Assembly: GCA_903813345.2 (NCBI GenBank)
Contig: CAIIXF020000001.1
Location: 28,830,001 to 28,894,000 of the forward strand
Reading direction: 5' to 3'
Length of the DNA: 64,000 nucleotides
Source: Owenia fusiformis
Lineage: Eukaryota
Below the pieces are notes generated by a model that made no database searches, was not told the origin of the DNA, and saw only the letters and a list, made by a program, of their open reading frames with translations. Positions 11,801-26,800 of this stretch are shown here, one piece after another. Numbering within the stretch: position 1 is the first letter of the stretch; each line of letters opens with the position of its first letter. The translations under genes and the position numbers were made by a program.

Positions 11801-14800
11801 CTGAACATGGCAATGAGGAGGTTAAGCATGAGGACGTTTGTGAACAACATGTACAGTGCCAGCAGCATGGGCATCAATTGTGTTCCTAAATATGTGGGGC
11901 AGCGAGGTAAGGTTCCATTGCTATACAATGCAAAATCTGTAGTACAATCCTCTTGGCCTAAAATAAAAAATAATGAAAAATAACAAGACATGACAAACTG
12001 TCGCCATATTTAAAAAAAAATAAAACTCATTCAAATTCTCAGGCTGTCTTCTGACTATATCAAGTCTGATATCCACATGCAGGATAATGGGAAATTCAAA
12101 ATTGAGAAATGGTAAAATAGATCTCTTGTATTAGAGGTGAAAAAGTAACATACCTTCTATCTCCTCTAAAAAGAGTTCTCCATACATCTGCCAGTAGGGT
12201 TTTTTCATAATACCAACTATTAAGTTCCAGTCCAGTGTAGAGTTGGGGTAAAGAATCACCTGACAGCACACTCCAAAGCCCATGATAAAGACTATGAGGA
12301 TGATAACGAAGAACCCTAGATCAATCATCTGGAAATATATAGTAATATTAAAGTAGATTCCAGTAACTTGTAGCTATTCAAGCCACTGTATTCAAGTTCT
12401 TTATGAGTACTAAGTTACTACGTATAATTAAGCACATTATCCATGAGTGATAATCTCATGCTGAAAATAAATTATCAAGATTTTTTCAGTGAGTTTGACT
12501 AGTACCATAATGATATATTTCCATTTTGATTCTTTCAGGCTTATATCAAAACACAAACATGTAATTCTACATTTATAATGTTAAACTGGATATTAAACTT
12601 TCACTTATAATCCATGAATATAGTTTTAAAATCATAAATCCACCCTAAACAAAATACAAACAATTAAGAATTTGTGATTGCAACATAAGCAAACAAGGTA
12701 TTAACATGCAAAATGTCACCACCTGCCATTTGTTTCATACGCTGACCGTCAAATGATGTTACAGACAGTGAACACCAACCACCAAACACAATCCACAACA
12801 ATATGTCACCATTTCTGGTGGTGACATAATTATGATTTACACTGATTACTGACATGTGAATTTACTAATGTAACAAGCAACATACCATTCTACGAATCAT
12901 GACAAGCTTTGGTCCAAGCTGTCTACTAACAGAGAATATGTGGATCAATCGGAAATAAAATGCCATGAGATCTATGGCAAGCACAATTCTAGAAACCTCA
13001 AATGTTATTTCATATGGTAGTGACCGTAGAATCATCCCAGAGAGGAAGAGAAACAATGTCCCAATGTCCATGATATTCCACTGATCACCGATGTAACTGA
13101 TGAATTTGAGGCGGAAGTTACTGGATGTGTCGGCCAATAGCTGAAATAAATGACAGTTGTTTTACTGTTGTACATGCATGGTCGGTTTTATGTAATATAG
13201 GAAGAGGTTTGGGTTGGATAATCATGTCAATATCTAGATGAAACACTCTGATTTGAACAAGAATAAAATCAATCACTCAATTATTTTACAATTACTCTAA
13301 ATCATGTTTACATTCAATGTTAACGATAAATATAAAGTTCCATCAACACATTACATAATATCAAGTTAAACTAAAAATGTACATTATATTTTAATTTCTC
13401 TCATACAGTATAATCCTATACTGATATTGGCAGTCTCAGAAAGGAAGACCACTGGTAATATAAAGCACTTACCACTAGAAATGACAACTATTCATAATGG
13501 GAACGGGGGAATAAAAATGAAAAATGAATGAACTATATCCGTACCTGTCTTATTTCCTCTATGAAGATGGTGAACACCCACACAATGATGATGATCTCTA
13601 TGATGTTGAAATCAGGAGAGAAGCTGACCAACATAAGATAGCTGAACAGCAGAAGGAACACAATATATGCAAGCTGAAACAAGAGAATGTCACAAAATTG
13701 GCAATGTTATTTTTTAACAATGGTATATAGTTCAGGAAACATATTCATTCCATAATACTACTGTTTTCCAATGGAAATATGAAGGAATAAAAATTATAAT
13801 GAATTGTATTACATGAGAAAACTGTATTGTCCTATGGAAAAAATCGTATTGGAGCATATTAACCTATTTTTGGTTTCCTGGTTATTATTTTTTTTTATTT
13901 TATCTTTCCAAAAAAATGTGCATTTGTTAATGTAATGTTTGTATTATCCAAATGTAACATTTTAGAGGGATGTATTATGGAATAAATAGGTTATTTACCC
14001 TTCAGTCAGTAAAAGTAACATACATGTAGTATGAGTCTGAAAAATTAATTGGCACATATGACTAATTGTCAACGACGTGTTGCAATTTCAAAATCCTAAC
14101 ATTTTGTTATAGATGCCAAATATGTCATGACCAAAAGCCAGTCACAAAAACAGTGGCTCTGACAATACATCAACACATGTTGGTGGCATAAAATTAAGGT
14201 AGCATTCGCGAATTCAACTGCCAGCTGACGGCTGATGGATTAACATACTATTTTATGCCCAGATCATTTAAATATGAATAGCACCTGCGAATATTAAATT
14301 CATATTTAAATGAGTTGGTCATAATAATGTAGATTAAACCGGCAGCTGGCAGCTGAATATGTGAACACTACAATTTATAGCCACTTAAAATACATTTGTA
14401 CTTACACAATTATGTATAAATGTGACCTTGGGAGCATTGTAGAAGTAGGTGAACTTGCTGAATGCTGAGACAGTTGGTTTCTTTGGCAAAGGTTTGTGGA
14501 GATCCTCCACTGCTGATTGGCTTACGGTGGACTGTTGCCTGCTGGGAACAAGCCTGCAATACAGTAATATAATTAAGTGAAATTCAACAAATCGAATGCA
14601 AAATAATGATGCATTATAAAACAACATTGATGCAATATACCATGTTATATGCACTACACCATATCAAACATGTCTAGCATGTGACATTTTTCACTCTACA
14701 AACTCTGATGTGTATTATATGCTCAGTGATTAATATCCTTTTATACTCTAGCTCATGTGCACCTGACATAAATTCACAGTGGGTTCAGTGTGCACAAATT

Positions 14801-17800
14801 TGGCGGGGACCTATAATGCCCAAAAGCCACATACCAAATGACCAAATATAAGACCAATGCCATACCAAATGTTTAAATGCCAGACCAATGCTATGATTGG
14901 TCAAAAGAATATATACTTCCGGGAAAAAGGGTAACATTTAGGCCCTGAGAAAAATATTCTGAATCAATCTTAAATTTAGGATATGTGTAACTACTAGACC
15001 AATGCCATACCACAAGTGTGAGGTAACATATTTTCCATGATCATTGGAAAGATCAGTGGTGTGATCAGATAAATCAGACCATTGTCATTCATATACCTCA
15101 AAAGTCATAATGTGGGGCCATTCTCATACCAGATCCTAAAAGGGTCCATTGCCATACCAAATGTCAAAAAAAGGTACCCCATGTGCACTGAGGATCCCCA
15201 TCAAGGTTTATATACAGTGAACCCCGGGCAGAGAAAGAAAACTATTCTGCAACAGTTTCATATTGCTGGAAAACATTGTATATTTATCTATGTTTTTTTA
15301 TATTTTATATGTTATTTTATATGAACTGGATACGGCAACCAAGGGGAAAAGCAAAAAGTATTGTCTGTTGATTCAAGCTGGGATATTTATAGAAAATAAG
15401 ATTTGTATAAATCGGACTACCAATATTGAAAGAATATCTTTCAGTGAGAACTTAGAGATTTAGCCAAGTAACACAAAGATTCATTTGAAAATACAGAAGT
15501 TTACAGTACTTTGGCCTTACATTAAACAATGGAGTATTTTCACTGTGAAGACACATCCAAGTAAAACCAAGTGAAAAATTATTCTATATTCAACTCAGTA
15601 TATGAGATTGGACATAAGAAAGTTACCAAGTGTGTTTTGAATGCAATACCACAAAAGGAGCTTACATTCAGTCAACACTCACAGATGTATCTCAAGTTCA
15701 CAATAATAAATACAATTAAGATATATTTTAATTAAACAATGGGGTATGAATACAAACTAATATAATATCAGAAGACAAGGGTATGACTTAATTTCAAATC
15801 ATTAGTCATAATTAATTAAAGCCAAAAATACATGGAGGTCACCTTATGTAATTTAGCATACTACTCCCTTTGGCAACATATGGGTACATGGGATTGTGTT
15901 GGGACTATATAAGAGGGTTCAATTGTTCTATTCATCAGTCTCTCAGTAGCTCTACACAGATACACATTCAACATGCAGACCGTACTCGAAGTTTTCGTAG
16001 GATGCATCGCTATGGCCATGGCCAGTGACTATGCCACGTAAGTAAATTGATGTTTTACATTTTTGTTATTTGTGCCTTGCTCTAGTTATCAACATATCAA
16101 AGGCTGCACAAGCACAACCCATACTGATCATGATAGCCTTGAAAATGTCTTGAATAACAAAAACTGAATTGATCCTGCCATTTTTTCTCTAATATTTCAA
16201 TCATTAGCTATCTATATTAAGTTGTTTTTTTTAAATATTCAAACAAAATGTTTTAAAAACTTGATAGTGAAAGCGTAACTCTCTTTTGAAATAAGAGAGT
16301 TTAATCTAATTGAATTGTTCATAGGGGTCAATAATTTGATATGAAATCATGACTCAAAACTTTTTTCAGATATGTATTATTAGTTGTTATTTTTGCAGCA
16401 AGGCATATGAGCCTAAATACCCCACACATGGTTACCAGAGGAACAATGGTTACCATCAGGACTCTTACGTAGCTCCAAGCTATAACAGCCATGACAGCTA
16501 CAAAGCCCCAAGCTACAATAGCTATGAAGCCCCAAGCTACAACACTTATGAGACAAAGAGCTACACACACTGCAACAGCTACGGATATGGATCCTACATG
16601 TACAACACATGCAAAAAATGTGCCACAACTTACAGCAGCTACTTCACATGCCCCAAGACCTACTACCCAGCTGAGACATATGTTGCCCAGCCAAGCTACG
16701 GACATGAAAGCTACAACAGGCACAACAGCTACAACAGCTATCAAGCCCCTGCCCAGAAATTCCACTTCAAGCACTCTGATGACAGCTGTTTCTGGCAGTG
16801 TGATGCCTCTGGAAAGGCCCTTGCCCGTCCCTGCCCTTACGGACTTGTCTTCGATGAATACAAGGGTGTCTGTGTCAACAAATCCTATTAACTTCATCAA
16901 AATTCTCTCATAACTCATCATTGGACATTCACTACAAATTAATTTAACTGGCAATTTGAATGAAAAAACCAAACCCAGTATTTTCATGTCATCAAATGCA
17001 TTTGTCAATTTAATAAAGAGAAAATGTAAATATGACTTAATAATATGATTTCTGTTTTCATAACATGAAACACTATTAATAACAAGGAACCTTCCCAGAA
17101 AATAAGGAACCTTTCTCTGGTCAATTCTTGAAAAGGATCTGAATTCTGATTCTCAATTATATTTCATATAAGAATGACAGTACAGATTCATGATCATCCA
17201 AGACCTAATGGAAAAGTCAACAGGACAGACAGGAAGATGACTAAGACCTAAGAACAGACATAATCTCAAATGAACAGATATACTGCATGAATAATGTATG
17301 GGATGACAAAATAGAAACTAGAGATACAACAATTAATGCAGATTTTAGCTTCCTTATTTTCTGTCCTCCATCTGCCTCTTTAAACCTTCCCCACCTCATC
17401 ATTCCATATCCTCACACCCCTCCACACCCTCTTCACCTTACATCCCTCCACCTCCTCCTCACTCCCTCTTCATATCCTCACACCACTCCATATTCTCTTC
17501 ACATCCTCACACCCCGTCTACCTCCTCAGATAAATCAACCTACCTCTCTCTGCTTGATGAGGTGCCCTGCCCAGCACTTTGCACTCTTGTCAGTTCAACT
17601 TGTTCTGGTTTCCGACTTGTGGCACTATTGACAGCACTTGGTGGTGTGGTGCCCTACAAATCAGTATGTTAATTTATTCAACTAGTTTAGTGACTACACT
17701 TTTTCTATTCAATGATTTCAACAGAATTATTAGGTTGGTCCTTTTGGATGATACTTGATAACTTTTTATTTCAAATTACTGAGGAACAGAGAATGAAAAA

Positions 17801-20800
17801 TCTTACATTTTCATGTCTATGAGTATTTTCTATTCTGGGTGCACCTTGAGATTCGACACTGGATGGTGGCTCCTTGAAGCGAATCAGCAACCACAGAAGA
17901 GGAGGGCAAATTATGCTGACCATCAACTAAAATACAACAGGTTCATTAAAATGTATATTATTACCTAATGATTGTAAGATTTGAGCAAAATGACCTTTGG
18001 CTTAGTGAAAGCCAAGTGAAACCAATGATAACACTTTGCACACATGGAAAATTCAAAAACAAGATTTATAACATAAGCATTCAACTGGTAATATTTTGTA
18101 ATGGCATAAAACACTCAACATGCACTGTAAGACCATACATGCTTAAACATTGCACTGTCAAACTCATGGGTAATCTGTAAATAGTTATTTTCAATTGTCC
18201 CACACACTCAAAAATGTACATACAAAGTAATTAAATGAAACTTAATTTGAATAGCTAGAAAATCTAAATCTAATCTTTAAACAACCTTTAATCAATTATT
18301 TTAAAAACAAAGAGAATGCTACCTGAAGAAGACAAAATTGAGCTTACCCTCCACCAATGATTGTCCACACTCATCTTTCCCATCCAAATATCATTGAGCA
18401 TACTTTGGCAACAGGAGTGTGAGATAAATGTTTGGTCTTTTGCATTTACAGCTAGAGCAATCACAGTGGTGTTACCAAATAGTTCCAGCTCACGTACAAG
18501 CAGCTTCCCCGCTCTCTCTTCATCAGCTGCGAAACATGCATTCAGAACACCTAAAGCTCTCTCTCCCCATTTTCTGAAACAATGTAAGTGGTCATCTAAA
18601 ATGTTTGGCACAACATTTAACATGTGATCTACTAATTTAGTATTAAATGTATCAGATGGTGCCTTTTTATTAGCTCACTCATCCACTTTTCCGTTGGTCC
18701 ATCCGTCTGTCTGTCAACACATTGGTTGCTAATAGGAAATCCTCCATTACAATTGCCAATTCACTTTTAAAATGTGTTTATAGAAAGTCTCCAATTATTC
18801 CATAAGTGGTGTCTCAAAAGCTCGCCTTGTTACAAAATAAAGGCCATTTTCATTGCAGAGAAACCAACTTTTCAGCTCTTTTTTGGTCAGAACTCCACAA
18901 ATATTCCATCAATTTGCTTGAAATTGTACAGGTACTTTAGTTTATAGGTTATCAATAATGTCTACAACATCGCAAAGATTCAAAATGGCTGCAATTTTTA
19001 ATATGCAAAATTTATTGTTGAAATACCACACTTCATCTTATAAATCAAAAAACATTATATTGATTTGCTTGAAATTGTACAGACAGCTAAGAGTCGATTA
19101 ACAATAATATCAAGAAGCTTTGGCAAAATATCTAGTAAAATTCAAAAACATGATTCTAATACATGAAGTATAAATGCAAGAGTACATACGTAGATTGTTG
19201 CATCATTTCTGCTTGCAGTTCAAAGTCCTCAGTACATTTAGAACTGAGTTCCTTCAATAGCATAGAGGCTGTTAATGCAGCTGCAATAGTATCCTAAAAC
19301 AACAGCAATTATTTCATTTTGAAACCTACCGTATAAGGTTCCTGGCTAAAGGTGGAATGCCAAAAATATTAACACAATTGAACATGTTGAACATTGACTA
19401 ATTTACATACTTTTTGTGGCTTGGTTGAATGGCTATGAATCCCAAGTTCCAATGTGTCTCATCAAGAACACGATAGAGTGACAAGGATTATGTCAAGCAT
19501 AAAAAATTCACTTCAATTTGATAAACTTAGGTGGCGAAGTGTCTAAGGGTCAGTCATGTGACACAAAACAACGGTCATGTGACACAAAAACAACAATTCA
19601 TTCACCAGATGGCGTAGTTAAAAGGAGGTCTAATTTACGACAAAAAAATGTTTAGCTCAGCTTGAATTTTGCTCTCGCAGTTAATCAAAACTGAAACTTC
19701 TTTCGTCGATATTGAGGTGAGTGATTTTTTCAGACTCTGGTATTTTAACAAAAGTAAGTTCAGGTCATAGCCATTCTTCAGGGCAGGTTTGAGGCACCAA
19801 CGATTTATTTTGGAGTTATTCCCGATTTACCGCTTATCCACGTTTAATGGAGTCTTACACATAATCTGACTGCTGAATATTTACAAATACATGTACCCTG
19901 TCTCTTATTCTATTCTACACAAATGCAAATGACTGTAAGCTGTATGACATTGAGCTCAAACAGTAACCAGGGAATCGTAATATCTAATCTAGTCTCACTA
20001 TTAATTGCATATTAAGTTTGAAATGCTAATATTTGTCTTGAACTTCTTACCTTGCCCTCTTCCCAGAATGTCATGGCTAAGTCATCTCGAGCCATCAAAA
20101 CACACCAAATGAACAGCTCTCTTGCAGGCTCCTCAAATGCATACCTGGATTTTTGCAAGTCTACACAAACAAAAAAATGAGAAATTATCATGAAGACGTA
20201 ATAGATAAACATACCAGGGTTTTTCACACGAGTTAGAGAGGAGGTTTATGTCACATGTTATAGTTGATTTATGTTATATTGTTTCAAATAAGTGCAGTTT
20301 ACCTTATCCTTTGAGTGAATTTAAATTGTCCATAGTCCTTAATGTAGAAATTAACAGTTGATTAGTTTTATTGTACTTTAATCCTTTGACATAAACTCAT
20401 GTTGTTACACTGAGTAGAGTATAGAGTAATATAGTGACCTAGCTGAGTTATGAAATCAGGAGAACAGACTGAGTGAGATGTGAAAGTGAAGGAAGAAACT
20501 TGTTCAACAAGTTTAGGGAGAACTGTGGATTTTGCAAATATGAAAGACTTATATACATCTTCATGTGTAGAATGGAACACTATGAACATATCAGTTATCT
20601 GGAATAACCTTTTGATGTCGTGCCACGTATATATTTATGTCGTATGTTAAGACTGTTATCTGTGTATTAGTGCATATGGAGAGCGATTCTAACATCCTGC
20701 ATTTGTGTTGTACTTAGCTATGGGATACACGCACCCTTAGTTTTCCACTGACGGAATAGTGGATCACTGTGTTTGTGTTAGGTATTGCGTAGGATGAGGA

Positions 20801-23800
20801 TTCCTGCCATACTTGTGAAGCCGTGTAGCTCCATGGGAGTACTTAAAGCTTGTGACGTAATACAAGTTTTGTGTTATGGATAACCGAAGAAATCTATGTG
20901 TAACATTTACTTCGTTTGTGACTGGATTTGTGTACAAGGCATTTATTTCCTTTTATGGATTAAACTATATGTGTCTGACTTAATGGATATAATACCGTCT
21001 TTGGGTTCCAGGACTGTAGTTGTGGTGTTATATAACCACTTATGTGTTTTTATCAAGATATTCACCTTTTATTCCTTCACCTTGTGATTTTTAATATACT
21101 TTTAATTCTCAATAGAATATAAAATTAATTATATTACATTAAATGTGATATCTGTTATCTTTTTATTGAAAAGAACCTTTACTCCGTGACAATGGGGGCT
21201 CGTCCGTGCCAAAAAGATAGTAGATGTGTTTAATTATGTCATAGATATTATGCATTTAGTTTTAGTGTTGTTTTATTTTGTAAGATAGCAAGTAATTTAT
21301 ATGTACTATCAGTTTGTAATATCTTAAATTCATTTTAAACATAACTCAATAATGTAATTCTTAATTTGGTCAGAATTAATTCATGTTTTCAACATTACTT
21401 AATTCTCAAACATGGGGGTAATGTCACATGTTATAGTTGATTTATGTTATATTGTTTCAAATAAGTGCAGTTTACCTTATCCTTTGAGTGAATTTAAATT
21501 GTCCATAGTCCTTAATGTAGAAATTAACAGTTGATTAGTTTTATTGTACTTTAATCCTTTGACATAAACTCATGTTGTTACACTGAGTAGAGTATAGAGT
21601 AATATAGTGACCTAGCTGAGTTATGAAATCAGGAGAACAGACTGAGTGAGATGTGAAAGTGAAGGAAGAAACTTGTTCAACAAGTTTAGGGAGAACTGTG
21701 GATTTTGCAAATATGAAAGACTTATATACATCTTCATGTGTAGAATGGAACACTATGAACATATCAGTTATCTGGAATAACCTTTTGATGTCGTGCCACG
21801 TATATATTTATGTCGTATGTTAAGACTGTCATCTGTGTATTAGTGCATATGGAGAGCGATTCTAACATCCTGCATTTGTGTTGTACTTAGCTATGGGATA
21901 CACGCACCCTTAGTTTTCCACTGACGGAATAGTGGATCACTGTGTTTGTGTTAGGTATTGCATAGGATGAGAATTCCTGCCATACTTGTGAAGCCGTGTA
22001 GCTCCATGGGAGTACTTAAAGCTTGTGACGTAATACAAGACTTGTGTTATGGATAACCGAAGAAATCTATGTGTAACATTTACTTCGTTTGTGACTGGAT
22101 TTGTGTACAAGGCATTTATTTCCTTTTATGGATTAAACTATATGTGTCTGACTTAATGGATATAATACCGTCTTTGGGTTCCAGGACTGTAGTTGTGGTG
22201 TTATATAACCACTTATGTGTTTTTATCAAGATATCCACCTTTTATTCCTTCACCTTGTGATTTTTAATATACTTTTAATTCTCAATAGAATATAAAATTA
22301 ATTATATTACATTAAATGTGATATCTGTTATCTTTTTATTGAAAAGAACCTTTACTCCGTGACAGTTTAAATGGAGAAAGCATATTACTAATATATTTTC
22401 ACAATACTATATACATAAAACAAACCAGCATTCATCATAAAGAAGTACTGAACTGAAAGTCAAGTCAGATAAGGTTACCAATGAACAAAGAACACATTCT
22501 GACTCCTGGGGAAATTTCATATACACTGTTATGCAAGTATTTTGAATATTAAACCATTCTAAATATCAATAATACTCATCATTTACTAATCAATCTCATC
22601 ATAAAGCTTGATTATAGACCTTAACTTACCACCAGGAGGGGCTCCACCATAACTTTGAACCATCATGGCATTGTCAACTCCTCTACCTTCTTGGGAATAT
22701 TTCTCCTCCAGATAATCAGCTGCATTGACAGTGGAATACATGGGTTCCCTCAGATAGAGAGGATAATAGAAGTCTCCCATTAACTCTTGGATCGCTTCTC
22801 CAACGTGTGAGAGATTGAAGTATTTTTTCTCCTAAATAAACAGATACAATTTTCAAATTATCTATTCATCCATCACCAGTACACGCAAATACATATCAGT
22901 ACTAGTGATTAACTTATACTTGTACATGAATGGCAATCGAATTTTGATTGAGTCAAGTTTTGTGGATACAATGATATGTTAGTCAGGGAATTTGTTGATG
23001 TTGTGTTAAAATCACAAAAGGAATAACACTTTGCTAGTATAATAACATCTGTAACATATTGGTGCATTTGTCATCTTGTGTTAGAAGAGTCATCACTTAT
23101 TATCAGTGTGACTCAAAGTGTAAATACTTGATTAAATACAGACGGACGGACGGATGGAGGCGTTCCCTACATCCCTCCGAATGATAAATACTTGATGTGA
23201 TGTGACATTTTTACAAAAGGTTTGTGAATTTCTCTATTCCTGAACTAATATTTTGTGTGCATAGAAAAACAATCACTTAAAGCATTTCTAAAAATCCCTC
23301 TGTACTTCATCGTGATTTAGGTATTACTGTATATTAAAATTAAAAAAGTCCTCACGTTATCTTTCAGTGTTTTATCACTTGTCCTTTCCTTCTCTAATCT
23401 GCTCCATACTACACTATTTGGAGGAATCTGAAAAAGGAGGTCCAAATATTTACATATATCTTCAAAACTCACAATAATATGACAGAAAGCATAACTATTA
23501 TATTATTTAAAATGTTACATTTTTGGAAAAGTACCATATCCAGTTTTTTCAAATCACAATATTTGAAGTAATTGTTTGAAAAGGATTATAATACCATAAT
23601 CAGACAGTGTGAAAAATCCTTACATTCTTTGTAGTTAATTTACAGAAAATGAATTGATTTTTTACTATTGTAAAATCAAAAGGGTATTCATCTACTTACA
23701 CTGTTATACAATTTCAATAAGGTCTTTATTGAGACAAATTCTTTAATATTAAGACCATTCTCTATGAAGAGTTGTACAAAATTGGTCCTATTCTGTAGCA

Positions 23801-26800
23801 GGGCTGTGAACATTACATCTGTTAAATCTTTGTGCTGAAAATAGAAAATAATATATGTATTTATCCCATACTTGGACGTGTTACAGGTACATAAAGCCGG
23901 TTTGTAAAAACTTATATTTTCATCAGCGGGCAGATATAGCTTTACGTCCCGCTCTGAGCGGGCAGATATAGTATATCTGCCCGCTACGTCATAATCGCCG
24001 CTCGCATATTTGTTCATAATTTGTAACGTTCGCGTAATGACTGTAAACGACAACAGCGATCTGTTTGATGGTTTAAAAAATGGAAGGAGCATTCACTTAA
24101 AAAATTCGAGAAAATAAATGTGGGAATATTTGAGAGAACAAAAAAATCCGCCCACGGCCAAGAAAACAAAACTGGACATGACTATTCTAGAATATTTCCA
24201 CAATTGAACAATGTGAACCAGATGACCAAGATTGGTATGGGATAAACATATTATCCTATAGTCGGTTCAGGATATTGGGATTATCCCTTGGCCAATATAA
24301 TATATTTTCCCTCGGGACCTGCGGCCCTCGGGCAAATATATTATATTAGCCTCGGGATAATCCCAATATCCTGAACCTCATATAGGATAATCTCTATTTA
24401 TCCTATGCCAAGTAGAGTTTTAGGGAGATAAGTTGGTAAGATATATCCCGTATTCTGATTTTGAGGTTTCCATATCCTGAACCTCCATATCTCCCGCCAT
24501 ATCTCCCGCTCCAGGGCATATCTTCCCGCTTCGAAAAAAAAATTGAAAAAATAAGAAAAATTGAAAAAAATAAAAAATGTGAAAAAAATAAAAATAAAAT
24601 AAAAAATTGAAAAAAGAAAAAAATAGAAAAAATAGAAAAAAATTGAAAAATGTGAAAAAATTGAAAAAAAAAAAGATTGAAAAGAATTGAAAGAAAATTA
24701 GAAAACTCTTCTTGGTATAGGATAAAGCAGTTATGTACGATCGGTTTGGATATTGGGTTCATCCCTCGTGAGATATGCACATCTACCTTCGGTCCCTATG
24801 GTCCCTCAGGTAGATATGCATATCTCCCTCTGGATAAACCCCATATCCAAAACCTCCCAGTACATAACCCTTATATATCTGAAAGTTCTATATAAAGAAT
24901 ATGTGTTCATTTTCATTTCTAATTTTGGACATTGCTTCAATTTAAATCTTCAATATTAGCTTTTATTCGCAAATGCAAATAGCGGCTTATTTAACTCATT
25001 TAAATATGAATAGCACCTGTCGTGCGTCCCGTTAGTTCCTAGCTCTCGCCCCAACCCAGTAACTAAATAATGATTTCATCTGGTTATTGAAGCAGCAACT
25101 GATACCGACTATCGAGGTGTTCGAAATTTTAAATAGCGGAAGTACACCTGGGGCATGCACATAGACGCAAAACACATTTTAAGTTTGTTTGATCATGTGA
25201 CAATGGCATAAAAGTCATGTGATCACTTTTAGTCGACAAATGGGTTGTTCGATATTGCAACTTCAAACTGACGGAATAATTTATGCAAATCAATAGGTTA
25301 ATCAGGTAGCCATTATTTGCATTGGAGAATACAAGCTTAGTTAAGATATCTTGATTCTTTGATTGAATCATGAAATTAGGATTGTAAAGGAGACATTGAT
25401 ATGCTTTTTGCAATTATTGTTTCTTATACAGCCTCTATTCTTTGAAGGAATCTTCATATGATTGTATGACTTTGAGCAGATTATTTCTACTTTGGTTCAG
25501 AATGATATCAATTTCACTCAAACACAGACAGATGATCGACCTTTCTTATCAGCCACATCTTTAATGTGTTCATCTCAATAGTTTCATCATAATTTTATTT
25601 GAGTTATTCGTATCATTATTTTATTTGACTTGAGAATGGGTCTGATTTGGCAATAAAATAATTCAGTTTTTCAGACTCTCTAGCGCAGTGCAGTAATTGA
25701 TTTAGTAATTCAATTTCTAAACATGTTTTACTAGTTCAGTATAGCTTCCTTTTAAGTTATGAACTAACAACATTATTTATAGAAAAAATAGAGTTAAGGT
25801 AAATTTTGTCTTTTCTAGGATCAGATACCATAAATTATGCATTCATTTTTAAGAAGTTATACAAGCATAAAAATGTCAAACTAAACATGCAGCATGCGTG
25901 ACAATCTGACCTTACCTCCCATTTTTTATCATCATGGAATATATCACTTTTGGCGACATCTATTCTGTTCCAGGCCAGAGCAAGCTTCAACTGGTCTCCC
26001 TCATTACTCTGATTGGCTAGAATAAAATATAATGAGAATATAAATTGTGAATCAAAATAATGTTTAGAGTAAAAGAACAACATACAGGGTGTCCGGAAAG
26101 TAAAGATACAAATACTCTTATTTTAAGAAATTTGGGTTTTTTGAAATGAAATTGCTACAGATTGTAGAGGAACAATATTACAATATATCTATCAACTTTC
26201 ATCACATATAGTCTAAATGTATTCAAGTTACGGTTGTTATGGTTACGGATGTGAGAGGTATGCGGAGCAGTTCCAGAACAACGCTAAAATGTGAAACTTT
26301 GCTAAAAGACAACGATTTGAAACAGTGTTTTTTGTTGTATTTTCTATCTATGTTTTGTTTTGTTCATCATTATATTATTGCTGCCATAGTGTTTTCTTTT
26401 ATATAATGATCTCATTGCTACATATCAGAACTATGTTATGTCACTAACCAGTATAATCAAAGAAATATTATACAAGTGCCAAGAGGAATGGTCCCTGGCC
26501 ATTAGTAGGAAAGTCAATATTGCATCTCCACAATGCACCAATTCACAAAGCAAAAAACAAATCTTACAATGGAGTGTCTTGACATTAAACCTTTCTATAC
26601 AATGCCCCATATTCCCCTGATAAAGCCTATTAAGACTTCTACTTAATGACCATTTGAAAGCAATATTTATAAAAAGTTCAACATACAAATGAGACTCAGC
26701 TGGAAGCCAATGTTATCAGCAATCTGAGAGATGGACAGCAGCGGTTTTGTCAGGTCTTTGAATCGCCGGTCAAGATACACCAAGAATGTATAGTTAATGG

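Noticed and set aside
16328..17008. 226-aa hydrophobic minus-strand ORF and the Thr-rich alternative plus-strand frame
   Set aside because: Shadows of the Tyr-rich gene, whose frame alone has TATA, signal peptide, splice phase and domain support.
17287..17631. Pro/His-rich 114-aa ORF
   Set aside because: C-rich low-complexity intron sequence plus the antisense of a TRPM exon.
20368..22260. Duplicated 73-aa and 63-aa ORFs
   Set aside because: They lie inside the two LTRs, are duplicated for that reason and show no recognisable protein features.
20249..22364. Assembly artefact or simple tandem duplication
   Set aside because: TSD, PBS, purine tract and a few substitutions between the copies fit an LTR element.
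24403..24780. 125-aa Phe-rich membrane-like ORF
   Set aside because: Translation of an A/T low-complexity tract between palindromes.
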